Part shown: positions 1 to 9,911 of the stretch, piece after piece
Numbering within the stretch: position 1 is the stretch's first letter
Layout: the number at the start of each line of letters is the position of its first letter
Assembly: GCA_019828565.1 (NCBI GenBank)
Contig: JAHDYR010000015.1
Location: 175,926 to 239,925 of the forward strand
Source: Carpediemonas membranifera BICM
Taxonomy: Eukaryota > Protista > Fornicata
Length of the DNA: 64,000 nt
Reading direction: 5' to 3'
The notes under the pieces: generated by a model
What the model saw: only the letters and a program-made list of their open reading frames with translations
Database searches by the model: none
What the model was told of the DNA's origin: nothing
Position numbers and translations under genes: made by a program

Positions 1-3000
1 AGTCCTCGTCCATGGCGACGAGCTCGATGTCAGTGAGGAGGCCATTGGAGACGAAGTGGCGGAGGCGTGTGGCGTGATAGGTCTGGGTGCGACGAGTCGC
101 AGGATTGATAACCTCGTAAATGTCGTTCGAGCGGGGAAGTTATGGTGTAGGGGCCCATGAGCTTGGGGGTCAACTTGCTGTCGGGACGCGTCGGGTAGGT
201 TACTAAGACCTGGTCGCCGATGGCAAAGACGTCCGAGGTTGAAGGGCCGGGGTTGAAGGTCTGATCCTGGTTAAGGCGGGCTGCTTGAACGAGGATCTCC
301 TGGATTTGGACGATGTCTGGGTGCTCTCCCTCTCCCTATGACACTACGTCGATGATGCTGCGGTCGAGGTTGACGGCGGTGCCGAAGACGAGGGCAGCGG
401 GTGACATGCCAATGCTAGAGTTGGTGGTAGCGTTAAGAAGGCGTTGGACCATGGGCAGGTACAGAGACCACTTGGAGGAGAGTCTGAGTTCAGAGGTCAA
501 GGCGACGAGATGACGGTTCACCTCGCGGTTGACCCTCTCGACTAGGCCGTTCGCGCGGTGGTGGTAGGGCAGCGTGACGGTGTGGGCCACGTGCAGGGAG
601 GCCAAGATCTCCTTGAAGAGCTTGGCAGTGAACTGGGAGCCGCCATCAGTGCGGACGGTCTGAGGGAATCCGTAGTGGCCGGCGAACTGGATGAATGCGT
701 GGCAGGCAGACTCGGAGGAAGTTGAAGGGACAGCGACTAGCTCTGTAAAGCGTGATAAGTTGTCAACCGTGACGATGATAAACTTGTTACCAAAGTCATC
801 CTCCGGGAAGGGACCCATAGTGTCGATGGAGACGGCCACGAACGGGTCAGAGGAGAACGTAGGACGCAGGGTAGAAGTCGTCTTCTTGGCTGTCTCGCGG
901 ACCTTCTGACAGATGGGGCATGAGGCAATAAAGCCCTTGATGTCATCCAGCATGTTGGTCCATTCGATGCCGCGGAGCTTGAGGCGCTCCATGGTGGTCA
1001 CGGCGCCCATATGGCCGGCGACGGGACCATGCACGGACTCAATGTCCACATGATGGTCAGACAGGGAAGTGACAGCCTTGAGACAGCGAGAGAGGACATC
1101 TGCGGCCGCGTTGTCGAGGCCGGGGATGTGATGAATCACGAAGACATACTCTTGGAGACGGAGGCTCCAGCGCACGACCTTCGGGGTCTCACTGCGCGAC
1201 ATGTAGATCAAGTTCTTATGATCGGTCTGTACCTCGAAGAACTGGCCTCGGATGAACGGATCGAACTTGGTGATGGCGAAGAAGATTCCATATGCTTCTT
1301 GCTCGATCGTGGCCCAAGCTGACTCAGTCATCGTGAAGCGGCGCGAGACGAAGGCGACAGGTGCCTCCTTGCCGGAGACGGGATCTTGCTGCGCGAGGAG
1401 AGCGCCACAGCCGAGCGAAGAAGCGTCGGTCTTGATCACCAGGGGCTTCGAGTAGTCTGGGGAAAGATAGGAGGGGTGCCTGGACGATAGCGCGCTTGAC
1501 GGTGTCCCAAGCAGTCTGTTCGGACTCACCCCACTCGAAAACGGTCTTGGAGCCGCAGAGGTCGTACAGGGGAGCCATGATACGGGCGAAATCTGCGACA
1601 TGGTCACGGTAATAGTTCGCGAGACCGCAGAAGCTTCGCAGCTCGGAGGGGTTTGACGGAACGGTCATTGAGCCGAGGGCTTCCTTGCGCCAGCTGGAGA
1701 TGCTGATGCCCTGTGATCAGACCGTGTGGCCGACGAACTCGAGCTCGGTGCGGAGGAAGACGCACTTGCTCAGCTTCAGGCGTAAGTTGTGGGCGCGGAC
1801 GAGTTCGAAGACCTGATGCAGAAGGGAGTTGTGGCCCTCGATCGTAGACGCGTGTACGATGACATCATCAAGGTAGCACTCGACCCCGCGGCCCAAGAGT
1901 GGAGCTAAGATCCGCATCATGCCTCGCTGGAAGTAGGAAGGCGCGTTCTTGAGACCGAAGGGGACTCTAACGAACTCGTACAGGCCGTTGTGCGTGGCAA
2001 ATGCAGTCCGAGGAACAGCTGTTGCGTCGAGGGGGAACTGGTGGTAGCCACTGCGCAGGTCAAGCGTGGTGAAGTACTTGCTGCCATTCAGGCGAGACAA
2101 GATGGACTTAATGTTCTGCAGGGGGAATCGGAAGTCGCGGCTGACTGAGTTGAGGAGGCGGTAGTCTACGACCATCCTATGTTCACCGTTCGTCTTTGGC
2201 ACGACGAAGCAAGGGGCGGAGTAAGCCGACTCCGATAGGCGGATGATGCCAGCCTCAAGGAGGGCCTCGACCTCTCGATCGATGACCTCATTCATGGCCG
2301 GGGAGAGCCGGCGAGGGGGAACGTGGGTCGGAGTTTCGTCCGTGACGGCGATCTCCATAGGCTGAACCTTGGCAGGCTCACGAGGGATGGGACCGAAGAT
2401 GTCTTCGAACTCGCGAGCGAGGGCTGCGACGTTTTCATCGAGCTCGATCTGGCCATCTTCGTCAAGGGGTGTAACCTCGCCGAGGTCCTGAGGCTCAGTC
2501 GCGGGAGGAGCCAGTAGGTTGAACGTTTGGATCACGTCGAACCCAAGGATGAGGGGCTCACCGGTGTTGAGGACGTGGGCGCTGATAGTACCTCCGACTG
2601 AGTGGGGAGACCTGTTGACCTTGATGTCAAGGAGCGTGCGATGGGCAGACGTGGCGATGCCATTGGCCGTGCTTATCTTGAGCTCATCAGGGATCATGAC
2701 CAGGCCCAGAGACTTGGCCAGCACTGGGCTGATGAAGGATGAGGAGGCGCCTGTGTCGACCAGGGCGTCGACGCGGTCGGTGCTCTGGGGAGCAGGGGAG
2801 CCGACGGGCGCGAAGGCTCGTACATTGGTGCTGAGGCGCATGACTGGTCCGCTTGTTGCCATCTTCAGAGAGATGGGCGTCGTCCGGCGGCCCGTAGCGA
2901 AGAAGCCGGGCTTGGACTTGTTGGGGCAGTCAGGCCTAAGGTGGCCGGAGAGGCCGCATCCATGGCAGACAGGCTGCGGCTTGGCAGGGGTACCGACAGG

Positions 3001-3658
3001 CTTATGGTTGTCTGGTTTGTTGGATGGGAAGTGGGGAGCAGGCGCTGCGGTAGCGTGAGGACGAGTGGGGTGGAAGCTTGGAGGCGGACGTGTGGCCTGA
3101 GGGCGCGGGACCTCGGGCTGACCGAACTCGGCGATGGTGCGCTTGGCCTCAGCCAAGGTCTCGACCTCTTGGAAGGCGGCCCGCTTGGCGTCGGCGAGCG
3201 TCTCAGGTTCGGAGGCCTTGACCCGGCGGCGCAGTGAATCTGGGGACAGTCCGCGGATGAAAGTGCGGCGTAGTGTCTTCTCGTCGGGGGAGGTAAGTGG
3301 AACAGAGGTCCTCGACGCGGTCGAACCTGTCGAGGTAGGCGAGCAGAGCGCTGTTGCTGGCCGTCGTGGAGGACATGGCGGTTGCTTCCAGCTTAGACAG
3401 AACGGCCTGAGTGCTCTTGGGAGCGAAGAAAGCGGAGTAGATCGCCGACAGGACGTTTTCATCTGGAAGGTCGTCAAAGTTGTCAATGCGAAGGCGGATC
3501 AGGCGTAAAACACGGCTGGAAATGAGCATACGGACAGATAGTGCTCTGTCGTCGGGAACTTGGGCGGAATAGGCCTCGAACTTGTCGTTGAAGCTGCAGA
3601 AGGCCGTTTCGGAACGAATGTCGTTGAGAAAAGGGGCTGAAATCGTTTGATAGTCCAT
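1..3658 (-). pseudogene. gag-pol polyprotein with several single-base frameshifts (about 3285, 1717, 1470, 320)
   Basis: ATG MDYQTISAPFL at 3658; CCHC knuckle CHGCGLSGHLRPDC; protease LVDTGA; RT LDLRSGYHQ, PFGLKNAP, YLDD; RNase H TDAS, TDHKNL, ADVLSR; integrase HHCC, IDTMGP, TDGGSQF, NGLVER. Confidence 0.92.
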
Positions 3659-3676
3659 GGCGGTGAGTAAGCTTAC

Positions 3677-3766
3677 TGTGGCCAAATAAAGAGAACTAGT
3701 GACGAAGTGAGGTTTATTCGAAACCCGATCAAGGGCAAAAATGGTTATAACTAAAATTGCCCAACA
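3677..3766 (-). repeat. 5' LTR, 90 bp
   Basis: Minus strand reads TGTTGGG...GGCCACA, followed by palindrome GTAAGCTTAC and the gag ATG 18 nt downstream. The partner LTR is outside the window. Confidence 0.75.
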
Positions 3767-4779
3767 CCACTGCCACGAGACTCACAGGGTAACCGCTACA
3801 TCTTCGTCATGACAGACCTCTTCACGAGGTGGACCGAGCTGGTAGCAGCCCCGTCCAATGGCGCCCAGCCAGCCGCCTATGCGCTCTGGCACGGCGTGTT
3901 CTGCCGGCACGGCCTTCCGGCCAACATCCTCAGCGACAACGGCACGGAATATGTCAACCGCGTCATCCAGGAGCTGACCGCGTACCTCAAGGTGTCCCAC
4001 CACCGCACGATCCCATATCACCCGGCCAGCAACGGCCTCGTGGAGCGCCGGAATAAGGAAATCAAGCGGCACCTCCGCGTCCTGTGCGCCTTATTCGACC
4101 AGTTTGACCGATGGTCGGTCGCCGTGCTCCCCTACGTGCAGCTCCTACTGAACACGACGCCACACACCACGACCGGCTTTGCACCAATGGCCATGTTGAA
4201 CGGCCTACAGGCGACCCCGCGCCGATTCGCCCTCGAGGGGGGAAGAGCAAGCCGAACAGCCAGACGACCCGATCACCGACGCGGCCGCCTACGTCCAAGC
4301 CCTGGACGAACACCTACAGTCAGTCGCCGAGCGAGCTGCTGACTCACAGGCGGACCATCTGCGCCGCCGCAAGATCACTCCAGACGACCCAGTCGCACCT
4401 GGCGATATCGTCCTGGCCCTGAACCCACGGCCGTCCAAGCTGCACGGCCACCTTGGCCCGTTCAAGGTCCTCGCAGTGCGCGACCACCACGCCATCAGCA
4501 TCTCGCCACTGCTTGGCGGCGAGGAGAAGGTCATCCACGCCGATCAGGCAATCCGAGTCGAGGCCACCGAGCCCAACGGCCAACTGGCCGCTCTCCAGGC
4601 CGGTGACGCCGAGGAGTACTACGTCAAAGCCATCCTGGGCGTCGATGAAGCCGATCCCAGCCACCTTATCGTCAAGTGGCTCGGCTACGACGAGTCTTCC
4701 AGCGAGGGTCCGGACAACGAGTCCGTCATGGCAGCCGTACCCACCCGTGAGTGGCTGCAGCGGACTCGGGAGGGCAGGA

Positions 4780-4852
4780 TGTACCAGCAGAGGTACCTAT
4801 AAGTGCAGTTTATGTAAACACATCCATTCTCTTCACGCTTAGGGCTCCCACA
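4780..4852 (+). repeat. Putative 3' LTR, 73 bp (second copy at 5951-6023)
   Basis: Purine tract GGGAGGGCAGGA immediately followed by TGTACC...CCCACA. Confidence 0.7.
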
Positions 4853-4869
4853 CCCGCCTCAACAACTTC

Positions 4870-5973
4870 ATGAAGCGGTCGCTCCACACGACCATGACGA
4901 CAACGCCTTTTCACACGGTCGCCATCGACACCGTGGGCCCACTGCCACGAGACTCACAGGGTAACCGCTACATCTTCGTCATGACAGACCTCTTCACGAG
5001 GTGGACCGAGCTGGTAGCAGCCCCGTCCAATGGCGCCCAGCCAGCCGCCTATGCGCTCTGGCACGGCGTGTTCTGCCGGCACGGCCTTCCGGCCAACATC
5101 CTCAGCGACAACGGCACGGAATATGTCAACCGCGTCATCCAGGAGCTGACCGCGTACCTCAAGGTGTCCCACCACCGCACGATCCCATATCACCCGGCCA
5201 GCAACGGCCTCGTGGAGCGCCGGAATAAGGAAATCAAGCGGCACCTCCGCGTCCTGTGCGCCTTATTCGACCAGTTTGACCGATGGTCGGTCGCCGTGCT
5301 CCCCTACGTGCAGCTCCTACTGAACACGACGCCACACACCACGACCGGCTTTGCACCAATGGCCATGTTGAACGGCCTACAGGCGACCCCGCGCCGATTC
5401 GCCCTCGAGGGGGAAGAGCAAGCCGAACAGCCAGACGACCCGATCACCGACGCGGCCGCCTACGTCCAAGCCCTGGACGAACACCTACAGTCAGTCGCCG
5501 AGCGAGCTGCTGACTCACAGGCGGACCATCTGCGCCGCCGCAAGATCACTCCAGACGACCCAGTCGCACCTGGCGATATCGTCCTGGCCCTGAACCCACG
5601 GCCGTCCAAGCTGCACGGCCACCTTGGCCCGTTCAAGGTCCTCGCAGTGCGCGACCACCACGCCATCAGCATCTCGCCACTGCTTGGCGGCGAGGAGAAG
5701 GTCATCCACGCCGATCAGGCAATCCGAGTCGAGGCCACCGAGCCCAACGGCCAACTGGCCGCTCTCCAGGCCGGTGACGCCGAGGAGTACTACGTCGAAG
5801 CCATCCTGGGCGTCGATGAAGCCGATCCCAGCCACCTTATCGTCAAGTGGCTCGGCTACGACGAGTCTTCCAGCGAGGGTCCGGACAACGAGTCCGTCAT
5901 GGCAGCCGTACCCACCCGTGAGTGGCTGCAGCGGACTCGGGAGGGCAGGATGTACCAGCAGAGGTACCTATAA
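4870..5973 (+). CDS. Gypsy integrase catalytic core + GPF motif + chromodomain (N-terminal HHCC missing)
   Basis: IDTVGP, SDNGTEY, NGLVER (DDE); GPFKV; YYVEAILG...LIVKWLGY (chromo). Confidence 0.85.
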   Translation: MKRSLHTTMTTTPFHTVAIDTVGPLPRDSQGNRYIFVMTDLFTRWTELVAAPSNGAQPAAYALWHGVFCRHGLPANILSDNGTEYVNRVIQELTAYLKVSHHRTIPYHPASNGLVERRNKEIKRHLRVLCALFDQFDRWSVAVLPYVQLLLNTTPHTTTGFAPMAMLNGLQATPRRFALEGEEQAEQPDDPITDAAAYVQALDEHLQSVAERAADSQADHLRRRKITPDDPVAPGDIVLALNPRPSKLHGHLGPFKVLAVRDHHAISISPLLGGEEKVIHADQAIRVEATEPNGQLAALQAGDAEEYYVEAILGVDEADPSHLIVKWLGYDESSSEGPDNESVMAAVPTREWLQRTREGRMYQQRYL

Positions 5974-6716
5974 GTGCAGTTTATGTAAACACATCCATTC
6001 TCTTCACGCTTAGGGCTCCCACACCCGCCTCAACAACTTCATGAAGCGGTCGCTCCACACGACCATGACGACAACGCCTTTTCACACGGTCGCCATCGAC
6101 ACCGTGGGCCCACTGCCACGAGACTCACAGGGTAACCGCTACATCTTCGTCATGACAGACCTCTTCACGAGGTGGACCGAGCTGGTAGCAGCCCCGTCCA
6201 ATGGCGCCCAGCCAGCCGCCTATGCGCTCTGGCACGGCGTGTTCTGCCGGCACGGCCTTCCGGCCAACATCCTCAGCGACAACGGCACGGAATATGTCAA
6301 CCGCGTCATCCAGGAGCTGACCGCGTACCTCAAGGTGTCCCACCACCGCACGATCCCATATCACCCGGCCAGCAACGGCCTCGTGGAGCGCCGGAATAAG
6401 GAAATCAAGCGGCACCTCCGCGTCCTGTGCGCCTTATTCGACCAGTTTGACCGATGGTCGGTCGCCGTGCTCCCCTACGTGCAGCTCCTACTGAACACGA
6501 CGCCACACACCACGACCGGCTTTGCACCAATGGCCATGTTGAACGGCCTACAGGCGACCCCGCGCCGATTCGCCCTCGAGGGGGAAGAGCAAGCCGAACA
6601 GCCAGACGACCCGATCACCGACGCGGCCGCCTACGTCCAAGCCCTGGACGAACACCTACAGTCAGTCGCCGAGCGAGCTGCTGACTCACAGGCGGACCAT
6701 CTGCGCCGCCGCAAGA

Positions 6717-6985
6717 GAATTCCTCGTCCATAAGGCGTCTTGTCTCGCGTCGGAGTCGCTGGACTCTCAGGGGCTGCGTTGCCGGCCGGGAGAGTTGGTC
6801 TGCGACGACGTTGCTCGCGCATGCGACATGGAAAACCTGCAGGTCGTACTGCTCCATCTCAAGCCTCCAGCGGATGAGCTTGGCTGCGTTGGCCTTCTCT
6901 AGGTACTGAAGATTCCTATGGTCCGTCTCCACGGTCAGTGGACAGCCGAGCACCAATCCATTCCACGTTCGTAGAGCAAACAAGA
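6717..6985 (-). pseudogene. Gypsy RNase H fragment
   Basis: VETDHRNLQYL...IRWRLEM...NVVADQLSR. Confidence 0.85.
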
Positions 6986-7109
6986 TGTGCTCCTACTGGA
7001 GGAGGGAAAGAACTTTAATAAAGAGAAAACCCAATGGTTGCAAATATGGTGTAATCTATAAGTCATAAACTATGTAAGTATTGGGTAAGACCCACTACAC
7101 TGCCCCTTC
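6986..7109 (-). repeat. Orphan 3' LTR (6986-7099, 114 bp) with PPT (7100-7109)
   Basis: Minus strand GAAGGGGCAG|TGTAGTGGG...GCACA. Its start resembles the LTR at 60040 (gggtc.taccca...ttacatagtt). Confidence 0.65.
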
Positions 7110-7738
7110 AGTGCCCAAATGGGCACGACCTCAAGCGGTGTGACTGTACGACTAGTGAGGATTTGTCGAAGAGTCAGCTGCTTTGTTCACGGTTGCCACG
7201 CCGCTCGCGCCGCAGTCCATCTCATTGGCAGTGAGATGGGCTATGTCTGACCTTCTCGTCGGTGTCGCTGCGCGCACTGACAATGTCTCAAATCTTTTCC
7301 TGAGATTCAAATATTTTGTGTGGTACCACTGGAAAAATAGCGCGCTGATGTAAAATGGATTCTTACCGGGGACACTGCCCCTCCACGGCCAGTATAGGCC
7401 GTCAAATGAAACAAACCAGTTTGAAACAATCAAACGGTGCACCTTTGGATCAAACGACCTTCGGTTTCGTATTTTGCCCAACATGGGGACTTCTTCGCGT
7501 TCGTTACATAGTACTGTCGAAATATGGCCATTAGAGGCCTCAACGAGGCTTCGTTGTCGAGTTCTGGTGCTTTTTTCTTCACAGCCATTGCCGTCATCTG
7601 GTTCCTGCACCAATAACAATAACAACATCAAAATAGGTAATAAGGGGATAAATGGAGGTTATATGACGTTGTTTGGCAGCATTTTGGGGCAGTTTCGACG
7701 CGGAACTAAATTGTCAGATTTGGCATTTCGCTTTTCGC

Positions 7739-7921
7739 ATGCCAAAAGCGGGGGAAACGGTTTCTGCGTCATCTATTGCCGATATCCGTTCGCAGCTCAT
7801 GGAGCTTGCTCCCGCTGAGCTTCAGGATCTTCTGGCCACGCTGCCTTCCGCTTCTTCTGCCGCCGCCGCTCCTTCTGGCGCGATCCGTAAGCGCGCTAGC
7901 CGCAAAACGGCCAAAAAGTAA
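7739..7921 (+). CDS. Small 60-aa protein: helical N-terminus, Ala-rich linker, basic tail; function unknown
   Basis: MPKAGETVSASSIADIRSQLMELAPAELQDLL...AIRKRASRKTAKK; a GC-rich coding-like island between AT-rich flanks. Confidence 0.45.
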   Translation: MPKAGETVSASSIADIRSQLMELAPAELQDLLATLPSASSAAAAPSGAIRKRASRKTAKK

Positions 7922-8021
7922 GTAACAACATCAAACTAACGCTGATATAGCGCCACAATCACGACTGCCGTGCGCGAGAAGCTGTTGTCTTCTGTCCCCC
8001 TTGAGGGTTTTGAGTTACCGC

Positions 8022-8144
8022 TGTTATGGACAGTAAACCATAATTTATATATTGCAGTTTAAGACCACGACACCTATGTGTCGAAATTATAAACATTCCT
8101 GAACTAGGCTTAGTACGCCACAGTAATATTACTTTGGGGAAATG
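8022..8144 (+). mobile_element. 5' LTR (ends 8122; start uncertain), palindrome and gag ATG of a Gypsy element split by the giant DNA transposon; gag resumes at 50021
   Basis: CCACA|GTAATATTAC|TTTGGGGAA|ATG. Removing 8145-50022 gives in-frame MGRTSSETVEAPILRTIDF, which resembles the other gag N-termini here. Confidence 0.75.
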
Positions 8145-8192
8145 CATACTGTTAGAATGGCCAGTTAATCCGGGGATATACGGAGGATAAAC
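8145..8192 (+). repeat. Left TIR, 48 bp
   Basis: CATACTGTTAGAATGGCCAGTTAATCCGGGGATATACGGAGGATAAAC, the exact reverse complement of 49973-50020. Confidence 0.95.
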
Positions 8193-8416
8193 ACCCTTTT
8201 GCACAAGAAACTGCAAGAAAAAATGAGATTCACCCGTATCTTTTTCACTATTTCACACGTTTCACCAACGTTGGTGAAACGTAGAGAAACGTGCGGAAGG
8301 TACGGGTAAGTCTCATTTTTGCTTGCATACGACGTGCTAGGGGCATTCTTGTGATTCGTAGGTAGGTGCTGATGTTGCATAACCATTCATTGCTTATTCA
8401 AAGTGATAATAACGTG

Positions 8417-8644
8417 TTAGTGGTCTTTAAGTTGCTGTATTACATCTATAAACATATCTCCTATCTCTTCCAGAACGTGTTGTGTGTCATTCAGCCTCTC
8501 ATTCACCAAACCCTCGCAATTCAGCCCAGTGATGTGATTTCGTATTTCTCGAACAGAATCTTGTATCTTGCCGACTTCATGGAGGCAACTGGTCATATGA
8601 TTAAGCCTTTCGTTCGTGGATAACCGGAACATTGACGTCAACAC
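8417..8644 (-). CDS. Small helical cargo protein (start uncertain)
   Basis: Syntenic homolog at 60735-60959 (TS.L.EV.K.QDS...NDT...L.EI.D.FID.IQ). Confidence 0.65.
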   Translation of the reverse strand: MLTSMFRLSTNERLNHMTSCLHEVGKIQDSVREIRNHITGLNCEGLVNERLNDTQHVLEEIGDMFIDVIQQLKDH

Positions 8645-8666
8645 CTGCGCAGTTTAAGATGAGAAT

Positions 8667-9884
8667 ATGACGACCAGTGAAACTGCGAAGAAAGCTGAGA
8701 TTTCGCAGGGCACGTCTTGCGGATCGGATAAGAGAACAGAGTACCGCCGGCTGTTCGTGACTAGCTTCCTGGAATGCTTTTTCGACGTCGCGGACATCCC
8801 AACTATCGGTCTGACGACCTCTGACGTTCATCGCGCTCTCCTTGGCATGCAGGATGTGATATCGGGCCTCTGCAACGGCTTTCGCAAGATTGCTATTGCA
8901 AACTCCGTCAGGCGCACGACTACTGAGCCCATTCAGGCATTTGTGGCAAGTAGAAAGGGTGGCACAGAGCTCATTGGCACAAAGATACCCTACCTGGTTG
9001 TCAGAGACAGAGCAAATGCAGCTGAACACTTGCAGGAGTTTAGAAACAGGATGTCTGTGCTGTTTCGGGGACTTGGACTCCACGATGTCTCCAGTCTGAT
9101 CACTTGCACCGGCATTCAATGGCCTCCATCCGTTGTAATCAGGATCAAGCATCGCAAGCTCCAGCCTGAGCCACGTACCCCAGCAGAAACACCCGCAGAG
9201 ACACCCACAAAGACTCCAGTGACAACATTGGTACCAAAGCTCAGAAAAAGAGCTGACTTGGCTACCATCAAGCCTGATTCCCCCGTCAAGAAGCTTAATT
9301 TTGATGCGCAGATGCATGAGCCTGCTCAGAAGCGATCGAGGCTCGAAGAGGCTGACTTGAAGGAGGTTGCCGCGATGGTGACGGCTTCACTCTCCACAAC
9401 TGTCACTGATCTCCTCAAGCAGTCACCCAAGGCCGTTGAAATGAACGATAAGGTCCCCGCCCTCAAGCAAGCGACGTTTCTGAAGCTATATCAGCGTAAG
9501 TTACTGTTCGCATGCGCTGTTTGTGCTTCACCTGAATGGTACTTCAACCCAAACATGAAAAGAAACGAGTATGAAACGTGCTATCTCTGCCATCAGTTCA
9601 TGCATCTTCAGTGTGTCAGAGAGAAGAGGATTGATGGTAAGAACAGAAAGGTTTGCGCAGCTTGCAGTCTGGCAGGAAGGTCTAACAGATGTCACGCGTG
9701 TATCAAGGACGGAGACAAGTCGACAAAGGACACTGGCGTCTGCCGGGCGTGCCTAAACTGGTTCTGCGAAGAGAAACACTTCAGCTATGCTGAGTTCCAT
9801 CTCGACGGCCAGGACTATCGTGTCAGGGTTCTGCGACCAGTGTATGACTGTCTACCAGAAGGTGGCGGATATGAAGCCAATTGA
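8667..9884 (+). CDS. 405-aa protein with C-terminal Cys-rich PHD-like zinc fingers
   Basis: CAVC..PEWYFNP...CYLCHQFMHLQC...CAAC (C4HC3-like), then CHAC...CRACLNWFC; homolog at 61056-62279. Confidence 0.8.
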   Translation: MTTSETAKKAEISQGTSCGSDKRTEYRRLFVTSFLECFFDVADIPTIGLTTSDVHRALLGMQDVISGLCNGFRKIAIANSVRRTTTEPIQAFVASRKGGTELIGTKIPYLVVRDRANAAEHLQEFRNRMSVLFRGLGLHDVSSLITCTGIQWPPSVVIRIKHRKLQPEPRTPAETPAETPTKTPVTTLVPKLRKRADLATIKPDSPVKKLNFDAQMHEPAQKRSRLEEADLKEVAAMVTASLSTTVTDLLKQSPKAVEMNDKVPALKQATFLKLYQRKLLFACAVCASPEWYFNPNMKRNEYETCYLCHQFMHLQCVREKRIDGKNRKVCAACSLAGRSNRCHACIKDGDKSTKDTGVCRACLNWFCEEKHFSYAEFHLDGQDYRVRVLRPVYDCLPEGGGYEAN

Positions 9885-9911
9885 GTAAGTTAAATAGGGA
9901 GATTTTGAACT

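Larger units (their letters stand above)
1..3766 (-). mobile_element. Ty3/Gypsy LTR retrotransposon (3' end outside the window), inserted into an integrase of another Gypsy element
   Basis: Domain order is gag-PR-RT-RH-IN. The 5' LTR is at 3677-3766, and the sequence directly after 3766 (ccactgccacgaga) is the interior of the neighbouring integrase repeat unit. Confidence 0.93.
3767..6716 (+). repeat. Tandem array (about 2.5 units, 1171-bp period) of a Gypsy 3' end: integrase core, chromodomain, PPT and short LTR
   Basis: Near-identical units with ORF starts at 4870 and 6041. Copy 1 has one extra G (4237-4242) and one K/E substitution. Copy 3 is truncated at 6716. Confidence 0.95.

Noticed and set aside
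4870-5973. Ginger-type DNA transposon or domesticated stand-alone integrase
   Set aside because: No TIRs; the unit carries a PPT and LTR and lacks the HHCC, so it is a Gypsy 3' end.
7111-7156. Helitron 3' end (hairpin gtgccca/tgggcac then CTAG)
   Set aside because: The hairpin is about 25 nt from CTAG and adjoins a PPT; no Rep/helicase or 5' end was found.
7739-7921. Ribosomal L7/L12 N-terminal-like protein
   Set aside because: The resemblance is only compositional (helix plus Ala hinge) and there is no C-terminal domain.
8667-9884. RAG2 homolog (PHD gene convergent with a RAG1-like gene)
   Set aside because: No kelch-repeat pattern is visible; only the PHD-like finger and orientation are analogous.
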